64,000 nt of DNA from Laetmonice hystrix (Eukaryota). Positions 1 to 12,540 of the stretch are shown here, piece after piece. Each line of letters opens with the position of its first letter. Within the stretch, counting starts at the first letter, position 1. Both the position numbers and the translations under genes were made by a program. The notes below the pieces were generated by a model, which saw only the letters and a program-made list of their open reading frames with translations, was not told the DNA's origin and searched no databases. The stretch covers positions 17,546,001-17,610,000 of the forward strand of contig OZ249444.1 of assembly GCA_965235115.1 (NCBI GenBank), given 5' to 3'.

Positions 1-1249
1 TGCTGGTCCTGCTTGGCGGATCGTTATGGTACCAAGGTATCCTGGTTTGGGGAAAGTCAAATTGGGAAAGTCGAATTTACTGCCCAAGCTTTGAAGACTT
101 GCTTCACGAATGGACACTGGAATACTGAGTACTTTAGTCCGGTTGCGATCTTTTTTTGATTTTCTTTTGATTAGGTGTTATCTAAAGATAAAAGGTCTCC
201 TGAAAAGATAAAATCCGCCAAGGTTAGAGCTGGGTGGGGTTATGCTTCCTCTACGTTATCGTTTTTCTCTGTAACCGTGTTAGGGTGAGGCGATGCATGG
301 TTTGCCTGTTGAACCTGGGTTTATCTGAGATGGCTGACACTGGCCTGATCACAAGCCTCACGGACATCAGGCTATCCACCGTGTAGCAGACCCGATGGTC
401 ATCTTACCATAGTGATCCTAATGGCAGCTGTTTCCCGTGCCGATCCCTCTTGCAGCTGTTTCCCTAAGGGATGTCGTATCTGAAACCGTGACCCCCTCGG
501 CCCACACGCAGCGGGGGCCTTCGATCCCGGGTGGGCAGGACCCTGTCCGAGGGATTGGATGTCCTGTTGGATCTGGACCTCTACTCCGACCTATTACATG
601 TTCGTTGCATGCAGAAGACCTGCGGAAGGAATCCAAAGAAGCTGCATGTCAGGAGATGTACTAAAAAGAAACACCAAACAGCCCTTTGCCCTTGGGGACG
701 AGTGAATAACGTTGGCAGGGAGTTCAAACAGTCGGGACGTTTGAGGTTCGCAGGCCAAGGATGGTTGGGATTGGAGGCGGTCTGTGCAGGCCTTGAGGTT
801 CGCATGATAACGCTTGCCGGGATTTAAGAGAAGTCACATCAGGGAGGGTCGAAGGGCATGTTAGCACATGAAACAACCAGATGTATGATTCGGAGACCTT
901 TTGATAACTAGCATCAGTTCAATGGGAGGGGGATACAAATAAATCCAAGGTTTGAAGTCGATGGAAGTGTTTGTTTAGCTGTGAGTTAGTAGGACAAAAC
1001 TAAGCGCACATGTAAAGAGCATCTGTTGATGATGGTAGCTGTGTAGCACGTGACTTGCTAGGTCTGTGAGGGACTGGAGAGGCGCAGCTACACTGGCTTG
1101 TTTTTAACGCCCTGCTGAATATGACAGCCACTTCATGCTGAGGAAGTGCAAAAGGTGAGAGCTTTTTGAGAAGGCCTTTTATTCTGTGTGGTTCTTTGAA
1201 CTAGTGTTCTGTGTGATTCCATGTGATTAAGCAAAAGAAATGTAGAAAC

Positions 1250-4200
1250 TTTTTACTGAGATAAAGTGTATGCGAAAAGGTTTCAGGGACATCCAGCTGG
1301 GGACATCAAACTTTTTATTCTATGTTCAGTTAAGCGCCATGGCAGATATTTGGATCTTACATCAGTCATTCCCTTATTTCTTTATATTTAATCGACGGAG
1401 GACAAATGATATGAGCCATAGTAGGATCGCAAATGGAGATTTAAAGATAAACCCGTATACACAGAATGAATATATAAGGGGGATTTAATGGAAGTTGTGT
1501 TTTACATTCCGGAATCAATTCAGCAGTACAACAGCCACCTCGACAACACTGGCAGACCTGGAGCCCTTATTGATCCCTTACTTATTGATATAGCTATAGC
1601 TGGTGGTTCTGAGAGCGTCGGGAATCCAGCCCTTCTATATGATCCGTCCTTTTTACGGTATTAGCGTCTCAGGTTTCTCTGTGTGGATATCCATACGCTG
1701 GTGTATAATTATAGAGGTTAACATGCCTAACTTTAGTATCGTAGGAACACTTTTTGGTACCTGTCAAGGCCATAGTAAATGAGAGTTGTATGCGTCTCTC
1801 CTTTTGTTGGGAATCTATCTAATACTCTCACTATTAATACAATATAGTAGGTACCATGTAGGAACTACCTTTTTGAAACATTGTTGAATTTGTTCACGAA
1901 AAGGAGTATCGAAGGGGAAAAAGACCTGGATGCATGTTCAGAGAATCTGCAATTAAGAGTCACTGATACGGGTCGCTGGAACTTGAAAATGTCACCATAA
2001 GAAGGTCATAACTGTTTCGTCAGGGACGAATTCCGTTTTTTTCTGGACAAAGAAAAGAATCAGAGGCGTTTTTGATTTTAAGGCATTTCCACCACCGATC
2101 ACCGGAAAGGTGGAAGAGCGACCCAGTGGCAGGAGTTTAGGAAAACATAATTTTGACTCGAAAGCATTTGCCTTCTTGTCATCACATTTTGACTCCTGAT
2201 GTAACGCTACTGAGGAAACATTGCGTTGCGTTTGCACCACTGAAGTTTGCTGCCTCAATTTGACAATTTAATAGGGACCATTGTGTGTAATTGTGAATCT
2301 TTTCAAGGAGCCGAGTCAGGCGTAAATAAAATCAAGAATCATAGGCGCCGAATGGGGGGAGGTCTAAATGGTGCTTCTCTCAGTTAGTCTATAGCCGCTA
2401 CGCTGAGGTCTCTCCCGTTCTCACCTGTGCCAACATCTGGATAGATCCACACTTGACAAGTGACCAGCCTGCACTTGCGGAACAGGTGCAATCGTACCAC
2501 TTCCCTGCTTTAGATACCCTTCCTTTTTTAGCTGCAATTCGGTAAACAAAACCAAAATATTTCAGGGACAGTATTATTGGTATTTAGTACAGCAATTGTT
2601 TGGCTGGGGGACTATTAGACCCGATATAATGTTCGTTATAGAAGATCCCAATGAGAGGGACGTTTTTGATGTAATGAAGCAATGACGATTTCTGAGATGA
2701 TAATGTTTGGATATTCTAGGAAGAATCTGACTTTAGAATCTGAAATCTATCATCATTTTTGTATCGTGTAAGACCGACTATAGATCTCAAAGCCTATTTT
2801 ATGAACTCTTGCTGAAAGGCAGTAGAACAATTGAGGTCACATTTTCAACTACATGTACTGCAATTCTGGCGTAGCATTTTTGTTCTGAAATCCCCAGGTG
2901 AAACAATCCCGTCAAGGGTATTGAAGGAAATTGGCAAAGATATTACAAAAGTCACCATAATTACGCTACAATACATTACTTTACACATTTCTAGCATTAC
3001 TGTAGCTGTTTGTATGGTGAATAGCAAGAAAGATCAGACCAGCTGCAGTATATCTTCAGAGGAGGTCCGGTTGACTGAATCTACTCAGGAAACTTGTCCA
3101 GCTCCACGAACCTATCTGTTGCTGAAGCGTAAATAACCAGTCCACACTTAAAAAGTAGAAAGCGAAAAATCCACCTTATAGAGAGATAACTGCACTTTCA
3201 ATATGGAAAACGACATGGTATCTACAGAATGCACCATTTTACACTATTTGGTTCATGCGTTCAAAATTAAGTGGTATGATATTGGCGTACATCCATCGAA
3301 GGTACCAGTTTGATCATTCCAATTTATAAGAATTATTAGCTTCAAGACGAGCATATGGAATAATGTTTGGTAGGGTTTTATAACAGTTCAATTAGTTTTC
3401 TCAATACTGTAGATCTAATAATTTCCATCAGATCGGCGATGCCAGACAATACTTCCGGAAATGGTTGTGACTATCAAGTCTACCAGGAGAGAACCCTTCA
3501 AATTGATTCTAAGGAGGCACTAGGCAGAGTGAAATGGAAATCTTGGTGCCTCCTTTGCAAGCTAGTGTTAGATGTCTTGTAGCTAATCAGCGTGATAAAG
3601 GAGGTGTATTATCGCCATGGCAGTCTAGAGGGAAGCTTGTCCCTGTGAAGCAATTGCAAATGGCTGACTGCCGTAATAGGAAATCTGTTTTGTATTGATT
3701 TAATCGGAGTCGTAGACGATCTGAAATTGTGTTATGTGTCAGGCTCGTTAGACATGGCCTACTTACTGTGGGTGCAGGTTTTCTCGAAGATGTTAAACTG
3801 ATTACATACATGTCCAACAGTAAAGGCAGGGGTGAGATTGCCATCATAGAAGTTCATCTGCTGACGATTGCTTAGAAAAGGCTGTCAGACATTGTCAGTT
3901 TTCTTACATGACTTTAGTTGGCGTATAGGCCTTGGTCCTATAAAGTTCTCGATTGAGTATTTTTTACGAAGATTTCTACGCATTCCAAAACCAGATAACG
4001 ACCAAGGTGTTGGGGCCTATTTTATGATAATGTTACACCCGTCGGGTAGGGTTAGGTAGGCAGATTGATCCATAGCTACAAGAAAGTAGGCTTCGGTTTG
4101 ATAACAAATATGTGAGCTCTGTCCGAAAAATATATGATTTAGGGTTAAAGTGTGCGTTACCTTATGTCTGACGGAACAGTTTAATTTTACTATTCTCCCG

Positions 4201-4720
4201 CCAAAAACTATAACCAGAATAATGATTGTAATACATCATAATTTACAGAAAGAAGAAAACCGCTGAAAATGAATTCAAAGTTAGAATGTGGATATGGATT
4301 TGTAACTGAATACCATCGGGATAAACTCGAGATTTTGTGGGTGATGTTTACTCAGGGAACACATTGTATGCTCAGGTGTGCCAGTTATATTTAGGTTAAC
4401 ATTAATCCTACCATGATGACAGGGGAAGCATTCCCTTCTCCCCATCCTCTACGCTGAAATTGTGAAAACTTCAGAAAAATGTATAGCCACGGTGAAAAAT
4501 ATTTCTTTATTTATTATTTTCTATTTATTGATTTCTTTATCTATTTGTTTCAGATGCACAAAATTAACGTTATTAATTCTTCGCGATCTTGGCCCACAAG
4601 AATTGGCTATTGTAGCATGTTTACTTTTATTTAAAAAAAACACGAGTGTTATCCGAATCATGTTTCCGACGCTATTGGATTGTCAGATACAATTTTATAC
4701 GCTGTGAGGGATGTGTGGGA
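1250..4720 (-). mobile_element. Decayed L1/Tx1-like LINE ORF2 (AP endonuclease + reverse transcriptase), many stops and frameshifts
   Basis: Manual minus-strand translation gives broken motifs in the expected order and roughly expected spacing: PVIMVG (4406-4423, cf. P.IIGGDFN); DI..RTLNP..YIF (~4125-4170, cf. DIWR..NP...YTF); GTFDGCTPISY (~3271-3306, cf. PG.DG.T.EFY); ESAVISI (~3185-3205, cf. SITLIPK); VIYASATDRF...IQSTG (cf. KILAK.LA.RL...Q.GF); ISFNTLDG (~2915-2940, cf. KAFD.L.W); VPLIGIFY (~2640-2665, cf. ILGI.F). YADD core not recognisable; boundaries approximate. Confidence 0.55.
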
Positions 4721-4860
4721 AAGGGGGCAGGCTCCATCAAAGGGGTTCATTAAAACCATGTAAGCTTCCCGGTACCTTGTATCCGTGATCAGGAGATTGT
4801 AATTTTAGCATCCGGTTTCTTGTATGCATGTCTGAGCGATACGATGAAGTTAAAAGGTGG

Positions 4861-4862
<2 letters not shown>

Positions 4863-4948
<86 letters not shown>
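4863..4948 (+). repeat. (GA)n microsatellite with GATA interruptions
   Basis: Directly visible; produces the SLSLSL ORFs at 4737-5043. Confidence 0.97.
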
Positions 4949-5179
4949 GAACTATGGGCCCTGGCAGATAAGACAAATGGTTGGCTCTTGCCTGTCACAT
5001 GTTCAGAGGATTTGGGCCCAGGCTCACACATTTTTTGTGTCACATAACATTATCCGAGTGCGGAGCATGGCTGGTCAGTTTGGAGCTAAAGGATGGGGGA
5101 GAGTGGACACCGGGTAGAGGAGGCCAGGAGTAGGAGGAGGAGTATTCTGTGACGTGGCTCGGGGTAAGGGTCGTTTGGT

Positions 5180-6034
5180 AGCCTCATGGTCCTCCCTGGA
5201 TGCCAATCGATGACCAGCTGTCTCCTGACAAATAGCGTCACCAACTCTGTTAGTATTGTGCTCCAATACCGACCGGCCTGTCTTCCTTGTCCAATCAATG
5301 ACCTCCTTACAACGACCGGTCAGACGGCGGGTCTCATATCCCCGCCAATACCTTGCTTTTTTCGCCGGGGGTGGGGGTGGGGCAGTTACAGGACGCTGGT
5401 AATGAGACATTTTCAAAAATGTCTGATCCATAGAGTAGTAGAGTTTACCCTAAGCTTTGCCCGTTAAAGAAATGCTAGTAAAGCCACACAAATTAAAGTG
5501 GCTTAAATTCATGACTATGATTTTTCACAATAGCCCAGGGGTGATAGCTTTCGATAGATGACGTTAAAACGACAATACATATATATTGATGGATCTGGCG
5601 TCGTTCAATTCCGTAACTGTAGTTGAAATTTCCAGTCAAGAAAAGAAATAAGTTGTCATGTATTTAGAGGAATTGGAACCTACTGAAGAGGTTCACTTGG
5701 CTCCAAACTACTAACCTCATAGAGATGAGGGTGTAGAGTGAGTGACCTTATTTTTGTTTGCCCATTCACACTATGCTTTGCTTTGGCACAAAAGAATGCG
5801 GACACAGAGACAAGGACATGGGCAAAACGGAATGGAGATGATCCAGACAACACAGAACTGAGGGCGCGCCATCTCATGCTGCACGCACAGGGTCACTGGC
5901 AGTCTGCCACCCTATCCCCACCCCACCCCGCCAGCCATTGTTTCCCAGGCTCAGTTTGGCTATACCACGGCGACACACTGCTGGCACACCCCGGCCCGTG
6001 CCGATATACAGGCGCCAGCCGCACGAGTCGGTGA
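5180..6034 (+). mobile_element. Possible decayed RNase H-bearing non-LTR element 3' region (I/Nimb/Ingi-like)
   Basis: Plus-strand YIYIDGS (~5575-5597, cf. IYTDGS), then CHVFRGIG (cf. SVF.AEL), KNADT (cf. NE.AD) and LMLHAQGH (cf. LARLRTGH). Matches are weak and spacing is compressed. Confidence 0.28.
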
Positions 6035-6289
6035 GGCGAATTTGCCGAGGAATTGGCCGCCTCCACCCGTGTCCCTTGGGTGAAGGTCAGCTTCTGCAGG
6101 CATCGGGGTGATGCCAAGGCAGCACAGGCATGACGAAACCGAGGCCTTCACTGGAACGCTTCAGTACCTGCCGTGTCTGGACAGATAGAGTATTCGGCTC
6201 CCAACAAAGGCCAACCACTCACTATTACAATATTAGAAAACTGACAACGTAAACTGGCAAATCAAGAAGGATTTCATACTTTTCTCTAA

Positions 6290-6800
6290 ATTGCTCCTTA
6301 ACAATAAGACATAATGTACTGTTTGCAGAAGAAACAACGTGAAAAACTTTGATACTCTTGTGAAGAGGGAAAAGGGCAGGGCGATTGGGCAATTGCTGAT
6401 GAGATTGTTTGGAAAAATGATTAGCCGCACTCCCAGATGGTATGTCACCATGGCCAACAAACACTTGCTGTATAATTCTCTAATTCTCTAATTATTTCAA
6501 ACATTGCCCACTGTTAACACAAAGACTCTGATAATAGGCAAATCTGACAGTCGTGGGGAAATGTATTGAATATTGACCCAGTTCTGAGTTTCCGTCCTAT
6601 AATGTTTGGAGATTTGTTTTAGCCATTTGCCTCTTGTTCGCAGTCACGGATCCCTTCTCAGGTTCAACAGACAAGATCCTTCTAACACGTGGGACGTGGC
6701 TTTTTTTCTCACTGATTCCTGGACGCATTGTCCAGAGAGGGCAAGCTGCCTTCCCAAGCCGCCACTCAAACACCGTTGTTTACCTAAATAATGGAGAGAC
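6290..6800 (+). mobile_element. CR1/L2-like RT fragments
   Basis: NVLFAEETT (~6313-6340, cf. LFADDT; the antisense frame reads VVSSAN, typical of antisense FADD). QAAFPSRHSNT (~6742-6775, cf. Q.GFR..HST). The two pieces are out of order, so probably separate insertions. Confidence 0.33.
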
Positions 6801-8619
6801 ACGTTCTTTCAAAGCTCTGGTCATAGGACCGGGTCCCTGAATCCATCGCAGATCAATGATCGGTGGAGCTGAAAATGATCGTCCTGGTCTTACTAGGCTG
6901 CAAATAATTGCCTGGCTTGAAGACCTTGGGGTTCCAATGCTCTAGGGCCGTGAACAAATAGCAAGGTGGTCAGACTAGACTAGCCTGTGCCGGGAGCAGT
7001 GTATAGAGGAGTGGGAGGGATGGAGGGGAAGGCTGGACGGTTGGTAAGACCACGTCTGTGATGATGGTAGCGGTGGTGGCCAGTAAGGCTGGGCATCAGA
7101 TGTTACCGTTAGACATGCCACTCCACCAGAACCATTCGGACATGGCAACTGGTCCGTCAAAGACTCCTCTGTATGACATTGAATCGTGTCATCTATGTCG
7201 AGGGAAAATAGGACCTCCTGCGCTGGTTTCTGCGATAAGCCAATGTACAGTTAGTTGAGCAGCCATGGAACCCTTGGCAGCCAATACAGGAACACTTGAG
7301 CTAAACAAATTTCTATTATTGCTGGCTGGTGTACATAGATGGTGGCTGACATCCGCAAGCAAAGCATTGACGGCTGCATTGAATAAAGATATAGGGGCCG
7401 ACATGGGCAGAATAAGTTCTAAATTGAGTTTTGGTAACAAATTTCTAATAATAATACATTTTGAAAGCAAGGCATTCCCAATGAATATTGTGCTGTTTTA
7501 ATTAACACCGTTTCAATTATTTTTGAAAAATAATATGCACCTTCCAGTGTGTTTATTGATGCACAATGTTAAAGGCCCTTTCATGTTTCTTATTTCATTT
7601 TTAGGAGGTTTAATTAAGAATCATGTTTTTTTTAAACCATGACTAAGCAGTACTTATTAATGATTAGCTAAACCTTCCACCGCCCAAGAAAATTAGTTGT
7701 CCACATTGTTTGAATGTAGCAATGGAATAGGCATATTAATCGTGTTGCTCCTCGAATATATTGCAAAAGGACACAAGCCAGAGTCGGATTCAGGGAGAGG
7801 GTGGTTTCAACCGTTTTCAGGAAATCCATCAGTACTTCAATTTTTTTCTGAGAGAGCATGCCCGCGAACCCCTCCTAGCACACCCATATCGGAAACCAGT
7901 TAGGAAACAGCTCGTGGTCCCCCCCCCTCCCCCCCAATCCTTAGATGACACTTTTATTGGTAGTGTTCATGTGGGACCAGACATACTGTAATCGTCCAGC
8001 CACCTTGATTTTACAAGTCCTGATACACTGCCATCATTGTGTTTGATTGGTTCACCGGAAATCAACGGGATACGTGTGGGATTGTGGGATTCGCTCTATA
8101 GCGGCTGTGGTTGCGGTCAGCAAGCTTTTAATTTGTATGGCATTGGCCTCTACTTTGTGGGTCTTTAAGTAAGGGCACTAGGGTTCTGTTGTTCGGGGCA
8201 TTTATTATGTGTGACTGACACACTGACAGGATTGCCCAGGGCTGTTTATGTGTCGTTAGTGATATCACTGGTTTTGAGGTGGTCCATTTAATAGGGTTAA
8301 TGGTTCAGGCGATAGCAGCAGTTGAATTATTCCTGCAGTCAGTGAAGTTTAATGCGACCCATTCTCTCGTTGCATGTGGCCTAGTTACTCTGTTTGAATC
8401 ATTCATATTTCGCTCTCTTTATTTTATGGTGGCCCATCGAATATGGATTAATATTTAAACATGTAGTATTTTTTATCGCCACCTATTTAAGATGTGGTCA
8501 AAAATTAGGATGATAGCAAACACAGCTCAACTGCCAGTCCAGAGGTCATTTTATTGATTTGCCGACTTGATTTGAATAGAGAAAGGTTAACCTTTCCATC
8601 CCAAGTCTGCCTTGGTTTC

Positions 8620-8720
8620 TACAGATGCAGAGCACAGCCTATCTTGTATACTCGCTTCGTGTATCCTCAGCATCCCCTGGAAAGTCAAACTGTCATACAT
8701 TCTGACTGTAATGTTATTTT
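8620..8720 (+). mobile_element. RTE-like LINE C-terminal fragment
   Basis: Reads CILSIPWKVKLSYIL, cf. the RTE motif RRIL.I.W...VTN.EVL. Confidence 0.33.
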
Positions 8721-9119
8721 ACGTTTAATAGGTGCCATGGAATATTTACTCGGAGTGTCTGTTCAGGTTTTCAGCCTCTCCATGATTATGGATTATAGCG
8801 GTTTGCTGCTCGCCCCACGGTACCGCCGGTCCCTTGTCCTTTGTCCTTAATCTCTCACATAGATATAGATCACTGCAGACATTTGTCATGTTATAAAATG
8901 GCCGGGTAGTGAAGCCTCTGGATTTTATAGCAATGTGCCAGCACGAGTCTAGCCCAGACTTGTTGGTAATCGACTGCATCACCGGCAGAAACACTAAATG
9001 AGATTAACGATAATAAAAACGGCAGGCTCGCTATCAATTGTTGCGAAGCGCTACGGAATGAAGATATAATATGACGTGAGAGAATTGTGACAATGATGAT
9101 GTCATGTTTCATAGTGTTT

Positions 9120-9612
9120 GGGGTTCCTACTGCCTCCAGACTGGCAGGCTGGGGGGGGGGGGGTCCCTGGGGGAGCCGCCCCCCTGGGGGAGCCGCCCCA
9201 TGCTGCTGCACACTGTGTATCTGGGGTTCCTGCTGCCCCCAGACTGGCCGGCTGGGGTGGGGGTTGGGGTGGGGGTTAGGGTGGCGGGTTGGCGGGTTGG
9301 CGGCCGTTCCCGGGGGAGCCGCCCCATGCTGCTGCACATAAGTGTATCGAGGGTTCTTGCTATCTCCAGACTGGTCGGCTGGGGCGACGGCCGTCCCCGG
9401 GGGAGCCGCCCCATGCTGCAGCACATGGGTGTATCTGGGGTTCCTGCTGCCTCTAGACTGGCCGGCTGGGGGGGGGGGGGGGCGGTCGTTCCCGGGGGAG
9501 CCGCCCCATGTTGCAGCACATAGGTGTATCTGGGGTTCCTGCTGCCTCCAGACTGGCCGGCTGGGGGGGGGGGGGGCGTTCCCGGGGGAGCCGCCCCATG
9601 TTGCTGCACGCC
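9120..9612 (+). repeat. G-rich minisatellite, ~85-125 bp unit, ~5 copies, variable poly-G tract
   Basis: Recurring GTGTATCTGGGGTTCCTGCTGCCTCCAGACTGGCCGGCTGG(G)n...CCCGGGGGAGCCGCCCCATG(C/T)TGC(T/A)GCACA. Explains the 285-aa and 160-aa ORFs here. Confidence 0.92.
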
Positions 9613-10962
9613 GGTGTATCAAGTAGTTTTTCTCGCTGCCAGGACGTCGGTCACCTGGTCTTAAGGCCGACTGTCTGAGGGAAGATCCCGCCCAGCTGAC
9701 TGCAACATGATAAATGGTGCCGGTTGATGGCCACTGACGGCCAGTCATATATCAACTACAGGAGACAATGTTCTGGTAACACAATAGGGAGACTGGTTCT
9801 GGTCAATTCATTGCGGGGCTCGGTTTGTATTGTAATTGAAGCGGATGGATTTGTGTCGTTGACGAATGTCTCCTGTCACGTGGTAGTGACGTCCACCTTC
9901 CTGATTGGTCCCACAATAATATGGACCGCACATCTTTTAAAGTTGATGAAATGTGATGATGGCTTAGGGCATTTGGAACGTTTGTGAGTCATTCGCTGTT
10001 GCCCCCTGTTATAGATTTAAAAGGTAATAAAGACAATCCTGTCTCCTGATAAGACGTGGTGAGCAGGGCCCAGGGTTACTATTTACTCGAGCATGAGAGG
10101 TGTATAAAAACGAACGCAGGGGTGGAATGATATTAAAGAATGGTGTCAGGAATTTTATTATTAAAGAATGTCTGCCTAGTTGGCGGCAGGTAGCAGCTCC
10201 TTCAACATAACACATTCACAATGCATGGCCTGCGTAAAGTTACCTGCGATAAAGGAACATTTGCATATACTACTCCTAGATTTTGTGCTGAATTGGTGAC
10301 ACCTTCAGCGGGACATCTTCCATTGCTTCCCTTTTACTATGATCAGGTGACCCGTAATCCACCGTAGACTGGAGTGAATCCCCTTCCTTCTATCAGTACC
10401 ACCAATTTCTTATTGTATACCCCCAGTATCGGTGACCACCACTTGCTTACCATAGACTGCGGTCCTCGGGGCGTCCGTGACTTGAAAATATAGATGACAT
10501 GAGAAAAGTTACAGGCCGTGTTTTTTGAGATGTAGTGGAAGGATGGGAAACTCGAACCGATGAGGACAAGCAGGTCAGCGGTGGAAACGAAAGAGGAGCA
10601 TACTCCATCACATAGGGATACGGTTACTGTGAGGGCGGAAGCTGTGATGACATTAGGCGGTAAAGAGGGTGGAAGTAAGCAGGTTGGTGGGTGAGTGCGG
10701 GGTGTCACTCAGGTGGGTGTGAGGGGGAAGGGGTGTGCAGGTAGGCGGAGGATGACGGTGCTGTAGTGGGTGGCGTAGGCCGAGTAATCCCAGGGTCAGG
10801 TTACCCTCAGTAGTCGGGTCCCTAGATATGCGTGTCCTGTACATATATTGTAAACTGGTTAGTTTGCGTGGATAAATAACACTCGTGGGAGGAATGAAGA
10901 GTGAGGAATGAATCGTGGCTGGCAGCCAGGTTGGTGGGGATAGAATGATTGTATGTCTACAC

Positions 10963-11181
10963 CAGGGGTTTTCATGACCCATTATGCGTACCACCAGGCA
11001 CAGACAATTTTCTTTTCGCAAATATAACAGCATTGCCACAATATATCATTTATTGCCACTGTATATGAACTTACCAGCTTGTATTGGGCTGTCAATGATG
11101 TATATTCGGCAAGAATCTTCGTGTACCCCCTGATCCCGCGTACCTCTGGGGGTACGCGTACCCCAGGTTGAACCCCCCCTG
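10963..11181. mobile_element. Non-autonomous hAT (Charlie-like) MITE, 219 bp, 8-bp TSD
   Basis: Left end CAGGGGTTTTCA; right end reverse-complements to CAGGGGGGTTCA. Subterminal GGGGTACGCGTACCCC palindrome at 11149-11164. Flanks GTCTACAC (10955-10962) and GTCTGCAC (11182-11189) form an 8-bp TSD with one mismatch. Confidence 0.8.
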
Positions 11182-11324
11182 GTCTGCACAATCAGAGTTG
11201 GCAGTCACAAAGGTTGGGATCAGGTGATCCCCGATCTACACCATCAGGATCATGACCTGATCCTGGATCTACACATTCGGGGCTGGCGTTCTGCAGTTAT
11301 TGCGATTCTGGAGAGTGTGAGGTC

Positions 11325-11875
11325 ACCATGACTGTGAGAGTGTCTGCAGTCACCATGACGTAGAGAGTGTCTTCATGCAGTCATAATGATGAAGGGAATG
11401 TTTGCAGTCACCATGATGTGAGGAGTGCAGTGACCATGATGTGGGGTGTGCAGTTAGGAAGATGTGTGGAGTGCAGTTATCATAATGTGAGGAGTGCAGT
11501 CACCATGATGTGGGGAATTAAGTCACCATGATGTGTGGAGTGCAGTTACCATGATGTGAGGAGTTCAGTGACCATGATATGGGGTGTGCAGTTAGGAAGA
11601 TGTGGGAGTGCAGTGGCCATGATGTGAGGAGTGCAGTGGCCATGATATGGGGTGTGCAGTTAGGAAGATGTGGGAGTGCAGTGGCCATGATGTGAGGAGT
11701 GCAGTGACCATGATATGGGGTGTGCAGTTAGGAAGATGTGGGAGTGCAGTGACCATGATGTGAGGAGTGCAGTGACCATGATGTGAGGAGTGCAGTGACC
11801 ATGATGTGGGGTGTGCAGTTAGGAAGATGTGGGGAGTGCAGTCACCATGATGTGTGGAGTGCAGTTAACATGATA
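11325..11875 (+). repeat. 22-23-bp satellite with a 68-bp three-monomer higher-order repeat
   Basis: Monomer GTGCAGTGACCATGATGTGAGGA. The variant GTGCAGTTAGGAAGATGTGGGA recurs at 11586, 11654 and 11722 (68-bp spacing). Confidence 0.92.
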
Positions 11876-11949
11876 GACCACATTATGGAGTCGGCAAGAG
11901 GCTCAGCCATGCAGTTCACCGGCTGATGTAGGTCGTATATTTCCCCACC

Positions 11950-12540
11950 CACCAAACTCCTGCCTGTAGTGTTGATTGTAGGAGTAGCGATCCTCACCAG
12001 TTAACCATGGAATCCAAGTGACAGCCACCTCACGTGGACCATGAACACTGATTGACTGGCTGTAGTGGGTGGTGGCGGGAGGGGAGAGTTGACGGACAGT
12101 GTGAAGCTTGTTAGACTGCTCCTACTCTCATCTCCTCTATGTCTGTCTACCTGTCTGTACAACACCATATTGAATTGTCCGGAAATCAATGTTAATTATG
12201 GCTAGCTGTGAGACTGGGGCGCTGAGATTGGTGAGAGTCACAGCAGTCGGGTCTCTCGCTGCAGCTCGTCCCTCGTGCGCTGCTGCCAATGTCGAGTAGC
12301 TGTGAAAGCCGAGCCCGGATGGCTGATTTATAATGTACGTTCTGTCAGTATAGGGTGTTGAATTACTTCATGTGAACGAGCGCTGCAGTAACCTGGTGCC
12401 TTGCTGAGGCGGCAGTAACTATCAGTTGAGACATGCATGTTTCATGGATCAGGCCTTCTTGAGTCCTTGCTGGCTAGTCTTGGTGCATTTCTTGTAATCC
12501 AGGCTCATTCAATCCCAATGATTAGGCTGTTTGTGAGTAG
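11950..12540 (-). mobile_element. Decayed CR1-like LINE ORF2 N-terminus (E.NPG-type leader, PHD-like remnant, start of AP endonuclease)
   Basis: Minus strand gives LIIGIE*/EPG (12495-12525, cf. LL.GDIE.NPGP), KHACLN and VHMK (PHD-like remnant), LAIINIDFRTIQ (~12170-12207, cf. L.I..INFQSI) and a GG-containing stretch near 12030 (cf. RGGGV). Frameshifted. Confidence 0.38.

Noticed and set aside
580-810. Possible Tx1-type ORF1 zinc-knuckle remnant on the minus strand (LPTLF..PQGQRAVWC..CSFFG....C...C)
   Set aside because: Cys/His spacing is incomplete, and it lies downstream of the L1-like ORF2 rather than upstream; too weak to call.
6313-6340. LFAEET here and again at ~34575 (both catalytic Asp read as Glu), suggesting a variant RT family
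   Set aside because: Different codons and surrounding decay; best explained as independent mutation or chance in dead copies.
8214-8253. TALGNPVSVSV resembling Penelope RT G.AMGSPVS
   Set aside because: No YVDD or other flanking motif found.
8891-9748. 285-aa Pro/Gly/Ala-rich ORF
   Set aside because: Produced by the G-rich minisatellite; no domain or splice support.
9830-9890. HYHVTGDIR resembling the Polinton/Maverick endonuclease VII motif DHCHLTG..RG
   Set aside because: The upstream CxxC and downstream H..CN are absent; no other Polinton genes.
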